Part shown: in pieces, positions 10,481 to 19,091 of the stretch
Layout of the letters: each line of letters starts with the position of its first letter
How positions within the stretch are numbered: the stretch's first letter is position 1
Origin: Deltaproteobacteria bacterium RBG_16_64_85
Lineage (GTDB): Bacteria; Desulfobacterota; Deferrimicrobia; Deferrimicrobiales; Deferrimicrobiaceae
Length of the DNA: 64,000 nt
Reading direction: 5' to 3'
Assembly (NCBI GenBank): GCA_001798885.1
Contig: MGQW01000086.1
Span: forward strand, 7,079 to 71,078
The notes under the pieces: generated by a model
The model's input: only the letters and a program-made list of their open reading frames with translations
Databases searched by the model: none
What the model was told of the DNA's origin: nothing
Made by a program: the position numbers and the translations under genes

Positions 10481-10894
10481 GTGGCTGCGGGCGGAAAGAG
10501 AAGCAAGAGCCGCGCTCTGATCATGGAAATCTTCTTCCGGTCCGGGAGGCATCTGACTGTCGAGGAACTGGCCAGAAAAGTCCGCGCCCGGAACCGGGAC
10601 ATCGGCCCGGCCACGATCTACCGGACGCTCAAGCTCCTCGCGAGGCTCGGGTATGCCAAGGAACTCGATTTCGGCGAAGGAGCGAAGCGTTACGAGACCA
10701 GCCTGACGTCTCACCATGACCACTTTGTCTGCACGGAGTGCGGGAAGGTGTCGGAATTCGAGGAGCCGCGGATCGAGTCCCTCCAGGAAGAAGTGGCCAG
10801 GCAGCATGGTTTTTCTCCCACGATGCACCGGCTCGCCATCTACGGATATTGCCCCCGGTGCCTCCCCCAGGAAGGGAGGGAGTCGGGCGAATGA
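10481..10894 (+). CDS. fur: Fur-family ferric uptake regulator
   Basis: GTG at 10481 after an AAGGAG RBS (the tracked TTG 10445 start gives a 12-aa N-extension); HHDHFVCTECGKV...CPRC metal sites; winged-helix N-terminus. Confidence 0.85.
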   Translation: MAAGGKRSKSRALIMEIFFRSGRHLTVEELARKVRARNRDIGPATIYRTLKLLARLGYAKELDFGEGAKRYETSLTSHHDHFVCTECGKVSEFEEPRIESLQEEVARQHGFSPTMHRLAIYGYCPRCLPQEGRESGE

Positions 10895-12870
10895 AGCTCC
10901 ACGACGTTGCGGCGACCGCCGCGCGGATGCCCGACAAGGTCATCCTCGTGGGGAACCCCAATGTGGGGAAGAGCGTCGTTTTCGGGTACCTGACGGGACG
11001 GTATGTGACCGTCTCCAATTACCCGGGGACGACGGTCGAGGTCACGCGGGGAAAAGCTTCGGCGCGGGGCAGCACCGTCGAGGTCATCGACACGCCGGGC
11101 GTCAACTCGCTTCTTCCCATGTCCGAGGACGAGCGGGTGACGCGCGACATCCTGATTTCCGAGCCCGGGGCCCGGGTCATCCAGGTCTGCGACGCCAAGA
11201 ACATGCGGCGTTCCCTTATGATCACCCTGCAGCTCGCGGAGATGGCCGTTCCTCTCGTGCTTGCAGTGAACATGGCCGACGAAGCCCGGGACCGCGGCGT
11301 CATGCCGAGATTGGAGGAGCTGGAAGTCCGGATCGGCGTCCCGGCGATTCCCACGGTCGCGGTGCGAAAGAAGGGGATCGACCGGCTCCTGGGGCTGGTC
11401 GAGCATTCCACGCCGGCCCGCGTCGAGGTCTCCTACGGGGACCGGATCGAATCCGCCATCGCCCACATGGAGACGCTCCTTCCTCCATCCGTTCTCGTTG
11501 GGAAGCGCGCTCTCGCCCTCATGCTGCTGTGCGGAGACGATTCCCTCACCCCCTGGCTCGCGGAGAACCTCCGCGGCGAACGGATACGGGAGATGAACGG
11601 AGTCCGCAACCGACTGGTGGAGGAGGTTGGTGAGGACATCGCCTACCGCGTCAACCAGATCCGCCTCCAGTGGATCGATTCCCTCCTGGACGGGATGGGA
11701 GAGGAATCCACTGACGCCCGGAGGACCGATTGGTCCCATGCATTCGGGCGGTACGCGATGGATCCTTTCTATGGAGTGCCGATCCTCCTCGCCGTCCTTT
11801 TTTTGGCGTACGAGTTCGTCGGCGTCTTCGGGGCGAAGTTCCTCGTGGACTTCCTCGAGGCCAACGTGTTTGGAAAGGGGATCCTCCCGGCGACCGCCTG
11901 GGTCGTGGAGCGCACGATCCCGTGGCCTATTATCCGGGAGTTCCTGGTCGGCCCGTACGGGATGATCTCGATGGCGCTGTCCTATGCCGTCGCCATCGTG
12001 CTGCCGATCGTGGGCACCTTCTTCCTCGGTTTCGGGATCCTCGAGGATTCCGGATACCTTCCCCGGCTGGCAGTGATGGTCGACCGGATCTTCAAGAAGA
12101 TCGGGTGCAACGGGAAGGCGGTGCTGCCGATGATCCTGGGGCTGGGCTGCGACACCATGGCTACCTTGACGACACGGATCCTGGAGACCCGGAAGGAGCG
12201 CATCATCGTAACGCTGCTGCTCGCCCTGGGAATTCCCTGCTCCGCGCAACTCGGCGTAATCCTGGGGATGCTGGGCAACGTGGGACTGGCGGCTACCGTG
12301 ACGTGGCTGCTGATCCTCGTCGGCATCATCCTTGCGGTCGGTTACCTCGCCTCCAAGGTGATCCCCGGGGAGTCCTCCGATTTCATCCTGGAGATACCGC
12401 CCATCCGCCTTCCCCGGATCGGAAACCTCTCCGTAAAGACGATGGCGCGGATCGAGTGGTATCTCCGCGAAGCCGTCCCGCTCTTTCTCCTCGGGACGTT
12501 CTTCCTTTTCGCGGCCGACCGGATGGGGTGGCTCCTGTGGCTGCAGAAGGCGTCGGAACCGCTGGTCGTCGGGCTGCTGGACCTGCCGCCGAAAACCTCC
12601 GAAGCTTTTCTGATCGGGTTCCTGCGTCGGGATTACGGCGCGGCGGGGCTGTTCGACATGGCACGGGCCGGCCTTCTCACGAATCTCCAGGTCGTGGTGA
12701 GCCTCGTCACGATCACCCTGTTCATTCCCTGTCTGGCGAATTTCCTCGTCATCGTCAAGGAACAGGGATCCAAAGTGGCCGCCGGAATGGCGCTGTTCAT
12801 CTTTCCGTTCGCGATCCTGGTCGGCGCGCTCGTGAACCTGGCCGCCCGGAAAATGGGAATTACCTTCTGA
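10891..12870 (+). CDS. feoB: ferrous iron transporter FeoB (G-domain + permease)
   Basis: ATGA overlap with fur; GNPNVGKSVVFGYLTG G1 motif, DTPG; long polytopic C-terminus; 659 aa. Confidence 0.93.
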   Translation: MKLHDVAATAARMPDKVILVGNPNVGKSVVFGYLTGRYVTVSNYPGTTVEVTRGKASARGSTVEVIDTPGVNSLLPMSEDERVTRDILISEPGARVIQVCDAKNMRRSLMITLQLAEMAVPLVLAVNMADEARDRGVMPRLEELEVRIGVPAIPTVAVRKKGIDRLLGLVEHSTPARVEVSYGDRIESAIAHMETLLPPSVLVGKRALALMLLCGDDSLTPWLAENLRGERIREMNGVRNRLVEEVGEDIAYRVNQIRLQWIDSLLDGMGEESTDARRTDWSHAFGRYAMDPFYGVPILLAVLFLAYEFVGVFGAKFLVDFLEANVFGKGILPATAWVVERTIPWPIIREFLVGPYGMISMALSYAVAIVLPIVGTFFLGFGILEDSGYLPRLAVMVDRIFKKIGCNGKAVLPMILGLGCDTMATLTTRILETRKERIIVTLLLALGIPCSAQLGVILGMLGNVGLAATVTWLLILVGIILAVGYLASKVIPGESSDFILEIPPIRLPRIGNLSVKTMARIEWYLREAVPLFLLGTFFLFAADRMGWLLWLQKASEPLVVGLLDLPPKTSEAFLIGFLRRDYGAAGLFDMARAGLLTNLQVVVSLVTITLFIPCLANFLVIVKEQGSKVAAGMALFIFPFAILVGALVNLAARKMGITF

Positions 12871-12883
12871 CGCAAGAGGACCC

Positions 12884-13072
12884 TTGAAAATACGCTGCCC
12901 ACTTTGCCAATATGAGATGGACTCGGACGACAAGGGGTGCAGGACCGGCTGCCCGTTGGGGAAGAGCTGTTCACTCCTCTGTTGCCCCCGGTGCCATTAT
13001 TCGTTTCCCGTTCCGGAGTCCAAGGTCGTGAACTTTTTCAAATCGCTGTTTTCGAGAGGAGCCCGTCGATGA
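12884..13072 (+). CDS. small Cys-rich (9 Cys/62 aa) zinc-ribbon-like protein
   Basis: TTG start 8 nt after an AAGAGGA RBS; CPLC...CPRC knuckles plus 5 more Cys; stop overlaps the next ATG (ATGA). Confidence 0.5.
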   Translation: MKIRCPLCQYEMDSDDKGCRTGCPLGKSCSLLCCPRCHYSFPVPESKVVNFFKSLFSRGARR

Positions 13073-13716
13073 CCGAATTCGGGCAGGATGAAACCCTGGA
13101 GCTGATCTGGACGCTGCGGGAAGAGGGATGCCTTACCCGGATGCGTTTGATGGAAAAATCGGAAGAGGATCGACCCGAAGTGCTCTTGGGAGAGCTCGTG
13201 ACGGACGGCCTGGTGGAGACATCGGGCGACGAGCTGCATCTGACGCTCACGGGCGAGGAACGGGCGCGCGGGATCATTCGGCGTCATCGACTTGCGGAGG
13301 TCCTGCTTCGGAATCTGTTCGAACTCGACTCCAACCAGATGGAGAGCAGCGCCTGCAAGTTCGAGCACATCCTGACCACGCCCGTCACGGACAGCGTCTG
13401 CACCTTCCTCGGGCATCCTCCCGTCTGCCCCCACGGGAGGACGATCCCTCGCGGAGATTGCTGCGATCGCATCCGGACGGAGATCCAGCCGCTGGTCACG
13501 CGCCTTTCCGAAGCGGTACTGGGAGACTCCGTCCGCATCGTTTTCATCACGCCGAAGTCCAGGAAGAGACTGGAGAAGCTGAGTTCCCTCGGGATCGTTC
13601 CGGGGAGCCGCCTGTGCCTTCTCCAGCGGAACCCCTCCTACGTCCTGCAGATCGGCGAGACCACCATCGCGGTGGACCGGGATATCACGGATGAGATCTA
13701 CGTCAAGCGCGCGTAG
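13069..13716 (+). CDS. DtxR/IdeR-family metal-dependent regulator with C-terminal FeoA (SH3-like) domain
   Basis: HTH plus RHRLAEVLL dimerisation/metal-site region (C/H-rich: ESSACKFEH, VCPHG); C-terminal GDSVRIVFI...GIVPGSRLCLLQ FeoA-like. Confidence 0.8.
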   Translation: MTEFGQDETLELIWTLREEGCLTRMRLMEKSEEDRPEVLLGELVTDGLVETSGDELHLTLTGEERARGIIRRHRLAEVLLRNLFELDSNQMESSACKFEHILTTPVTDSVCTFLGHPPVCPHGRTIPRGDCCDRIRTEIQPLVTRLSEAVLGDSVRIVFITPKSRKRLEKLSSLGIVPGSRLCLLQRNPSYVLQIGETTIAVDRDITDEIYVKRA

Positions 13717-14950
13717 GGCGCTTGCCCTTCTCCTTTGTCTCGCCCTGACAACGGAAGGATCAGGGGGAGCGCTGGCGCTGGCGGCGACGGAGTCTCCCGT
13801 CGAGCCTTGCCTCCTGCTGAAATATATCGCGCCCTCCGTCCCCGAAGCTTCCGCGCGTTTGCTGCTGGCGACGATCCCTTCACTCTTGCAGCGGGATCTG
13901 GGCGTCCGGTGGGTGGCGCCCCCTGCCGCAGCGCAGGGTCTCACGGACCAGAAGGACCTCTTTCCCGAGGCCGATGACGCCTCGCTCGAGCGAATCTCCG
14001 GAAAAATGGCGGAGGTTCTTCGGAGCATGGACCGGATGGAAACCCGGAAGGCCGCTGTCCTCCTCCTGGATGCGGAAGGAGAGGCGAGGAAGTTTCGATT
14101 AGGCGATGCGACCCGCCCGTTCTTCGCCGAGATCTTCCTGAGACGGGGCCTGCTTCATCTCTGGGAGGGGGACCGCGGCAAAGCGGAGGAGATGTTTGCC
14201 CGTGCCAGGGTCCTGCGACCCGACTTTTCGCCGGACCCGGGCCTGTTCTCGCCGACGTTTCGCGACGCCTGGACACGGGCGGGGGAGCGGCCCCCTCCCG
14301 AAGCGGATCTGCTGGTGCAGTCCATCCCCCCGGGCGCTTCCGTATTCCTCGACGGGAAACCGGTGGGCACGACCCCCGGACGGGTCAAGGTTTCCTCCTC
14401 CAGGCCGGTGCGAGTCCGCCTTTCGCTTGCGGGCTATCTGGACGTGGAGAAGGCGGGACAGTGGCTTCCCGGGGATTCCGCGGACATCCAGAGCGTTCTT
14501 GTCCGCGACCGCGTTGCAACCTTGGGCGAATTGTTGACGGCGTCGCCGGAAGGAAAGGGGGGCGGCGCGCTGATCGCCGAGCTGGCGGCAGGTGCGGGAG
14601 CCTTGCGGGTAGCCCTTATGGTCCTGGGAGAGCGGGAAGGGCAGCCCGTCGTCCGCGTATTTACATCGGGGAAGGGGAATTCGGACCCGGTGTTCCTGGG
14701 ACAATTCGAGTGGCCTGCGGGGGACGAAGGGGCGGCGGAAGCTGCCGACAGGACGGCGAAATTACTCAGGAACGCGGGATGGCCCGCAGCGAAGGGATCC
14801 CCGAAGGATGCGGAGTCCCCGTGGATTCAGCGGTGGTGGGTCTGGCTGTTGATCGGGGCGGTCGCAATCGGCGTCGCGGCAGGCGCGGGAGGCGGGGGCG
14901 GGGGGGGAAGCTCCGGAAGTTCCACAGGTGCGATCGGCGTGACGTTTTAG
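13691..14950 (+). CDS. secreted/anchored PEGA-domain protein
   Basis: Signal peptide (ALALLLCLALT); PEGA-type beta module (SIPPGASVFLDGKPVGTTPGRVKV...AGY); C-terminal TM helix and poly-Gly tail. Confidence 0.6.
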   Translation: MRSTSSARRALALLLCLALTTEGSGGALALAATESPVEPCLLLKYIAPSVPEASARLLLATIPSLLQRDLGVRWVAPPAAAQGLTDQKDLFPEADDASLERISGKMAEVLRSMDRMETRKAAVLLLDAEGEARKFRLGDATRPFFAEIFLRRGLLHLWEGDRGKAEEMFARARVLRPDFSPDPGLFSPTFRDAWTRAGERPPPEADLLVQSIPPGASVFLDGKPVGTTPGRVKVSSSRPVRVRLSLAGYLDVEKAGQWLPGDSADIQSVLVRDRVATLGELLTASPEGKGGGALIAELAAGAGALRVALMVLGEREGQPVVRVFTSGKGNSDPVFLGQFEWPAGDEGAAEAADRTAKLLRNAGWPAAKGSPKDAESPWIQRWWVWLLIGAVAIGVAAGAGGGGGGGSSGSSTGAIGVTF

Positions 14951-16246
14951 ATGGAATCCTCTAAGACAACCCTCCCGGATCAGGCCTCCGTCGGCGTCAT
15001 CGGCGCCGGCCCCGCGGGAACCTTCTTTGCCCTCCACCTCTTGTCCCTTCTCCGTGCGAAAGGCCGAACGGCGAGTGTCACCCTGATCGACCGCAAGACG
15101 TTTTCCCACTCCGGCCCGTCGGGCTGCAACATGTGCGCCGGGGCGATCGGGCCCGCCATGGTGAGGAAGATCGGCGACTTTTCGCTGTCTCTCGATGCTC
15201 GCGTGATCCGCCGGATCGCCGACGGATACGAAATCCACGGCAGGGACGTGTCGGTCACGGTCCGGCATCCGGAGCGGAGAGAGATCTACACCGTCTTCCG
15301 CGGAGGCGGACCGGTGTTCTCCAAGGAGGAAACGAAGAGTTTCGATCAGTTCCTGCTGGACGCGGCGATCGCCCGTGGCGCGGAGTTTCTCCACGAGCGC
15401 GTTGAAAGCATCGAGAAGACGCACACGGGGTATCGTCTCGCGTTCCCCGGAGGGGCGAAGCGGAATTTCGATTTTCTCGTGGGGGCGTTCGGGGTCAATA
15501 CCTCTTTGTCGTGGAAGCTCCCCTTCGATTACCGCCCTCCGAAGACCTGGCACACGGTTCAGACCGAGATTCCGGCCGGCAATGAATTCATCGAGCAGCG
15601 GCTCAGGAACCGGATTCACATTATTCCCGCGTGGGGCAAGGCCATCCGCTTTCTGGCGATCACGCCAAAAGACAATTTTCTGACGCTTACCGGGATCGGG
15701 GAGCACGTGAAGATCGCGGACCTCGAAGCCGAGAGGTCGCGGAATCACGCGCTGGCGTCCCTCCTCCCTTCGGGCGCGAAGGTCCTTTGTCACTGCCATC
15801 CCCAATTGCCCATCGGCGTCGCCGAACGTCCGTTTTCCGACCGGATGGCGATCATCGGGGATGCATTCATCTCGCGCCATCTGAAAAACGGCATCGAATC
15901 TTCCCACGACACCGCGGGCATTCTGGCAAGGGCGATTACCGCCGAGGGAATATCCGAACCGGCTCTCCGGGATCATTTCTATCGTCCCTGCCTCCGGTTG
16001 TTCCGTTATGATAATGTCTGGGGAAGAGCGTTGTTCGGAATCTACGAGAGCGTGCTTCGGAAAGGGCGTCTCTCGGATGCCTATCTCCGGTCGGTGAATC
16101 GGGAGTCGGCCGAGGCGAGATTCACCCAGGCTCGCATCCTCTGGGCCGTGTTCGCGGGAGACGCTCCCTATCGGGAAATCGCCCGGGATGCGTTTGCTCC
16201 CCGCTCGCTCTGGAAGTTGGCGCGAAACCTGTTGGGAGGAAGATGA
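14951..16246 (+). CDS. FAD-dependent oxidoreductase (geranylgeranyl-reductase-like flavoprotein family)
   Basis: N-terminal GxGxxG (VGVIGAGPAGTF) dinucleotide fold; 431 aa; starts 1 nt after the PEGA stop. Confidence 0.7.
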   Translation: MESSKTTLPDQASVGVIGAGPAGTFFALHLLSLLRAKGRTASVTLIDRKTFSHSGPSGCNMCAGAIGPAMVRKIGDFSLSLDARVIRRIADGYEIHGRDVSVTVRHPERREIYTVFRGGGPVFSKEETKSFDQFLLDAAIARGAEFLHERVESIEKTHTGYRLAFPGGAKRNFDFLVGAFGVNTSLSWKLPFDYRPPKTWHTVQTEIPAGNEFIEQRLRNRIHIIPAWGKAIRFLAITPKDNFLTLTGIGEHVKIADLEAERSRNHALASLLPSGAKVLCHCHPQLPIGVAERPFSDRMAIIGDAFISRHLKNGIESSHDTAGILARAITAEGISEPALRDHFYRPCLRLFRYDNVWGRALFGIYESVLRKGRLSDAYLRSVNRESAEARFTQARILWAVFAGDAPYREIARDAFAPRSLWKLARNLLGGR

Positions 16247-16250
16247 CGGG

Positions 16251-16601
16251 ATGGGATTGGAGCCGGGATCCCGATGGAAACCGAAGCTTCCCCTGCTGGT
16301 CGCGGGCGGAATCGCCGTTCTGCTCCTTCTCTTCTCCCTCTTCCGGGAAATGGGGATCATTGGCACCTGGAAGCTTTACCGAACTCACAAGCAAGTCCTC
16401 GAGGAGAACGTAAAACTGCGCGTCGAGAATCGGCGGCTCCAGGAGGAGGTTGAGAAGTTGAGGACCAACCCCTCCTATATCGAGGAAATCGCCCGAAAGG
16501 AACTCGGCTTGATCGGCGAGAAGGAGAATGTCATCGTCCTCGACCGGAAAAAGGATGTACCCGTTTCCCCTCCTGCAAGGAAAGGATCGGGTCGTCCGTA
16601 G
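16251..16601 (+). CDS. septum formation initiator family protein (FtsB/DivIC-like)
   Basis: ATG 16251; single TM, then coiled coil (LEENVKLRVENRRLQEEVEKL) and the conserved ...IEEIARKELGLIGEKENVIV tail. Confidence 0.75.
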   Translation: MGLEPGSRWKPKLPLLVAGGIAVLLLLFSLFREMGIIGTWKLYRTHKQVLEENVKLRVENRRLQEEVEKLRTNPSYIEEIARKELGLIGEKENVIVLDRKKDVPVSPPARKGSGRP

Positions 16602-18690
16602 GTATTCCGTTCCCGCCCTTTCGCTCGTCCATCTCCTGCTGTTCCTGAATTTCCGGCGCGGGGGAGGCTGGACCGGCTGGTCCGCTCCATGGGCGGCCAC
16701 CGCATTCGGCGTCCTCGCCTTCCTGTTGTTCCGGGATCTCCTCACCTCCCGGCGACGGGATCGACTGATGGACGTTCCCTCCACGCTGGCGTGGGGAGCC
16801 GCTGGCCTCATGGAACTCCACTCCCTTTATCCGATAGTGGCGGAATCCCGCCTTGTGCCGGCCATTCTGTTTCCGTCCATCGCCTTCCTTCTCCCCGCCT
16901 TCCCGGCGGCGGTCTATGCCGCAGCGGCGTTCACGTGGTTTCTTTTTTCCCCCGAAGGTCGATGGCCGGCCGAAGGCTTCCTGGCGTCGATCGGCGGATT
17001 GGGAGGGCTTGGCATTCTTGCGGGACGGGTGATACGGGACAAATTTCGGGATTCCGGGTCCGGCAGGGACATGGTTCAGGAAGCGATCAACGAAAGCCGG
17101 ATGCTCGTGTTCCCCTGGGAAAACCCTGCAGCGGCGACGGAGCGGGATTTTCCCGAGGAGGTCGAGCGGTTGGGATTGCTGCGCTCCCGGGATGATCTCA
17201 TGGATGGAATCCGGCGTATCCTCGAGGGGATTCTCCCCATCACGGGAGCCGACCGCATCCTGTATATCTCCCCTTCCCCTGGGCAGGGTCGGGCATTCCG
17301 GGCAGGCGCCTCTGCGTGCCGCGGAGGAGATTCCGGCGGCGTGGACCTGGCGATTCCGGACGACTACATGCCCGTGCGCGAAGCGATGCTGTTCCGCCGT
17401 ACGTTCCTTTTTGAGGGGGAAGATTTCGGGAATTGGGCCATCGGCAAGGAGAGCGGAAGGGAAGGCCGCCCCACGGGCGTCGCCGCGGCGCCGGTGAGCA
17501 TCGAGGGAAATGTCGAGGGGGCGATCCTCGCCCTTCGATTCGCGGAGGGAAAGTGGAGCGAGCCCATCGGGCAGGCGCTGGAGACGGCGGCGTTCCTGGC
17601 GGCGAGGGAGCTTGCGTGGGCGAAACAGCGGTACCGGGCACACCTGTACCTGGCGAGACAGGAGGGATTTCACCGGCTGATCCGGAGGATCGCCGAAGTT
17701 TCGGAGCGGGCGAGCGGCGAAAGGGGCGAGACCGTTTCCCCGCGGCGGGAGGTCTACCGGGCCACGGCGGAACAGGTTCGGCAGCATCTCGATATCGCCA
17801 GAGCCATCCTCATAGAGGCGAAAAAGGGGGGGAAGCGCGGGCGAATCGCGTGGGAGTCGGCGGGGAAAGCGTCAGGGGACCGGGAAGAGTTGGTTTCCCT
17901 GGAAGGGACGTATGTCGAGTGGGTGCTCCGGCAGGGCGTTCACCGGATCTTCTCCGGCGGGCAGGCGGACGGCGGACGGTTCCCCGTGCTCCCGGCGAGC
18001 TGGACCGGTCCACCCGGGGGAGGGTTTCTCCTTGTCCCCGTGCCCGATACCAGCGGGTTTCGCGGCGTCCTCGTCTGCGAATCCGGTGAAGGGCGCAACT
18101 TCGAGGGGCAGGACGTCCAGGCGGCAAAGGACATCCTTGCCATCATGCGGATGGGGATCTCGCACACGCTTCGCCTGGAAAATCTGGTGAAAGAGGCCAG
18201 GAACGACGGACTTACGGGGCTTCTGAACCGGAAGACATTTTGCGAGCGTCTGGAGAACGTTCTCGCCCGACTGGACGGTCGATACCCCTGCGCCGTCATC
18301 ATGCTCGACCTCGATCACTTCAAGAACATCAACGATACGCATGGCCACCCGGCAGGAGACGAGGTCTTGAGAAAGGTTTCCAACGTCATCCGGAAAACCG
18401 TCAGAAAGGTCGATATGGCCGGGCGTTACGGGGGGGAAGAATTCGCCATCTACCTCCACAGCACGGACCAGACCCATGCGCGCCAAGTGGCCGAACGTTT
18501 GCGGCTGATGATCCGGCAAACATGGTTTGTCTTCAACGAGCGGGAGTTAGTTGTCACCGCCTCGCTGGGGATCGCCTGTTATCCCGAGCACGGAAAGACC
18601 GGCGAGGAACTGCTCCTGCACGCCGATGTTGCCCTCTACAGTTCCAAGCGGGACGGAAGGGACAGGACGACGGTGTATAGAAAACAGTAA
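16528..18690 (+). CDS. membrane-anchored GAF-GGDEF diguanylate cyclase
   Basis: ~5 N-terminal TM helices and a GAF-like middle region; C-terminal GGDEF with intact GGEEF and RxxD-like context; start uncertain (16528 or 16555, both overlap the ftsB-like 3' end). Confidence 0.85.
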   Translation: MSSSSTGKRMYPFPLLQGKDRVVRRYSVPALSLVHLLLFLNFRRGGGWTGWSAPWAATAFGVLAFLLFRDLLTSRRRDRLMDVPSTLAWGAAGLMELHSLYPIVAESRLVPAILFPSIAFLLPAFPAAVYAAAAFTWFLFSPEGRWPAEGFLASIGGLGGLGILAGRVIRDKFRDSGSGRDMVQEAINESRMLVFPWENPAAATERDFPEEVERLGLLRSRDDLMDGIRRILEGILPITGADRILYISPSPGQGRAFRAGASACRGGDSGGVDLAIPDDYMPVREAMLFRRTFLFEGEDFGNWAIGKESGREGRPTGVAAAPVSIEGNVEGAILALRFAEGKWSEPIGQALETAAFLAARELAWAKQRYRAHLYLARQEGFHRLIRRIAEVSERASGERGETVSPRREVYRATAEQVRQHLDIARAILIEAKKGGKRGRIAWESAGKASGDREELVSLEGTYVEWVLRQGVHRIFSGGQADGGRFPVLPASWTGPPGGGFLLVPVPDTSGFRGVLVCESGEGRNFEGQDVQAAKDILAIMRMGISHTLRLENLVKEARNDGLTGLLNRKTFCERLENVLARLDGRYPCAVIMLDLDHFKNINDTHGHPAGDEVLRKVSNVIRKTVRKVDMAGRYGGEEFAIYLHSTDQTHARQVAERLRLMIRQTWFVFNERELVVTASLGIACYPEHGKTGEELLLHADVALYSSKRDGRDRTTVYRKQ

Positions 18691-18781
18691 TTTAATTCAT
18701 GTTCTTTAAAAGCAAGGGCTTATTGACAGTCTGCGACACCTTGTGAACCCTCATTCTCACATCTTTGATGGGGGTCTTGCG

Positions 18782-18985
18782 ATGAAGCGTATCGGCAAAG
18801 TGAAGTGGTTCAACGAAACGAAGGAATACAGGTTCATTGAGCAAACCGGAGACCGGGATGTTTTCGTACAGTATTCTCCGATCCGGATGGAGGGGTACAG
18901 AACGCCGGGGGAAGGGCAGGAAGTGGAGTTCGAAGCGCTCGCAACGCCGAAGGGGCTGCAGGTTTCCGAGGTGTGCTTCAGGTAG
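18782..18985 (+). CDS. cold-shock domain protein (divergent RNP motifs)
   Basis: MKRIGKVKWFNETKEYRFIEQTGDRDVFVQYSPI... CSD fold, with KEYRFI / VFVQY in place of the canonical KGFGFI / VFVHF. Confidence 0.8.
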   Translation: MKRIGKVKWFNETKEYRFIEQTGDRDVFVQYSPIRMEGYRTPGEGQEVEFEALATPKGLQVSEVCFR

Positions 18986-19091
18986 CGGCGGCCGTTCCGC
19001 CGGGAATTACCGGGTCGTCGTTGTTGACTTCCCCCCTGTTGAATTATAAAGTATTTACTTTCTTGCCTTTTCCGCGATTTCGAGGAGCCGC

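Noticed and set aside
18984-19004. Short hairpin CGGCGG-ccgtt-CCGCCG overlapping the csp stop, considered as a terminator
   Set aside because: It has only a 6-bp stem and no downstream T-tract, so it is not convincing as an intrinsic terminator.
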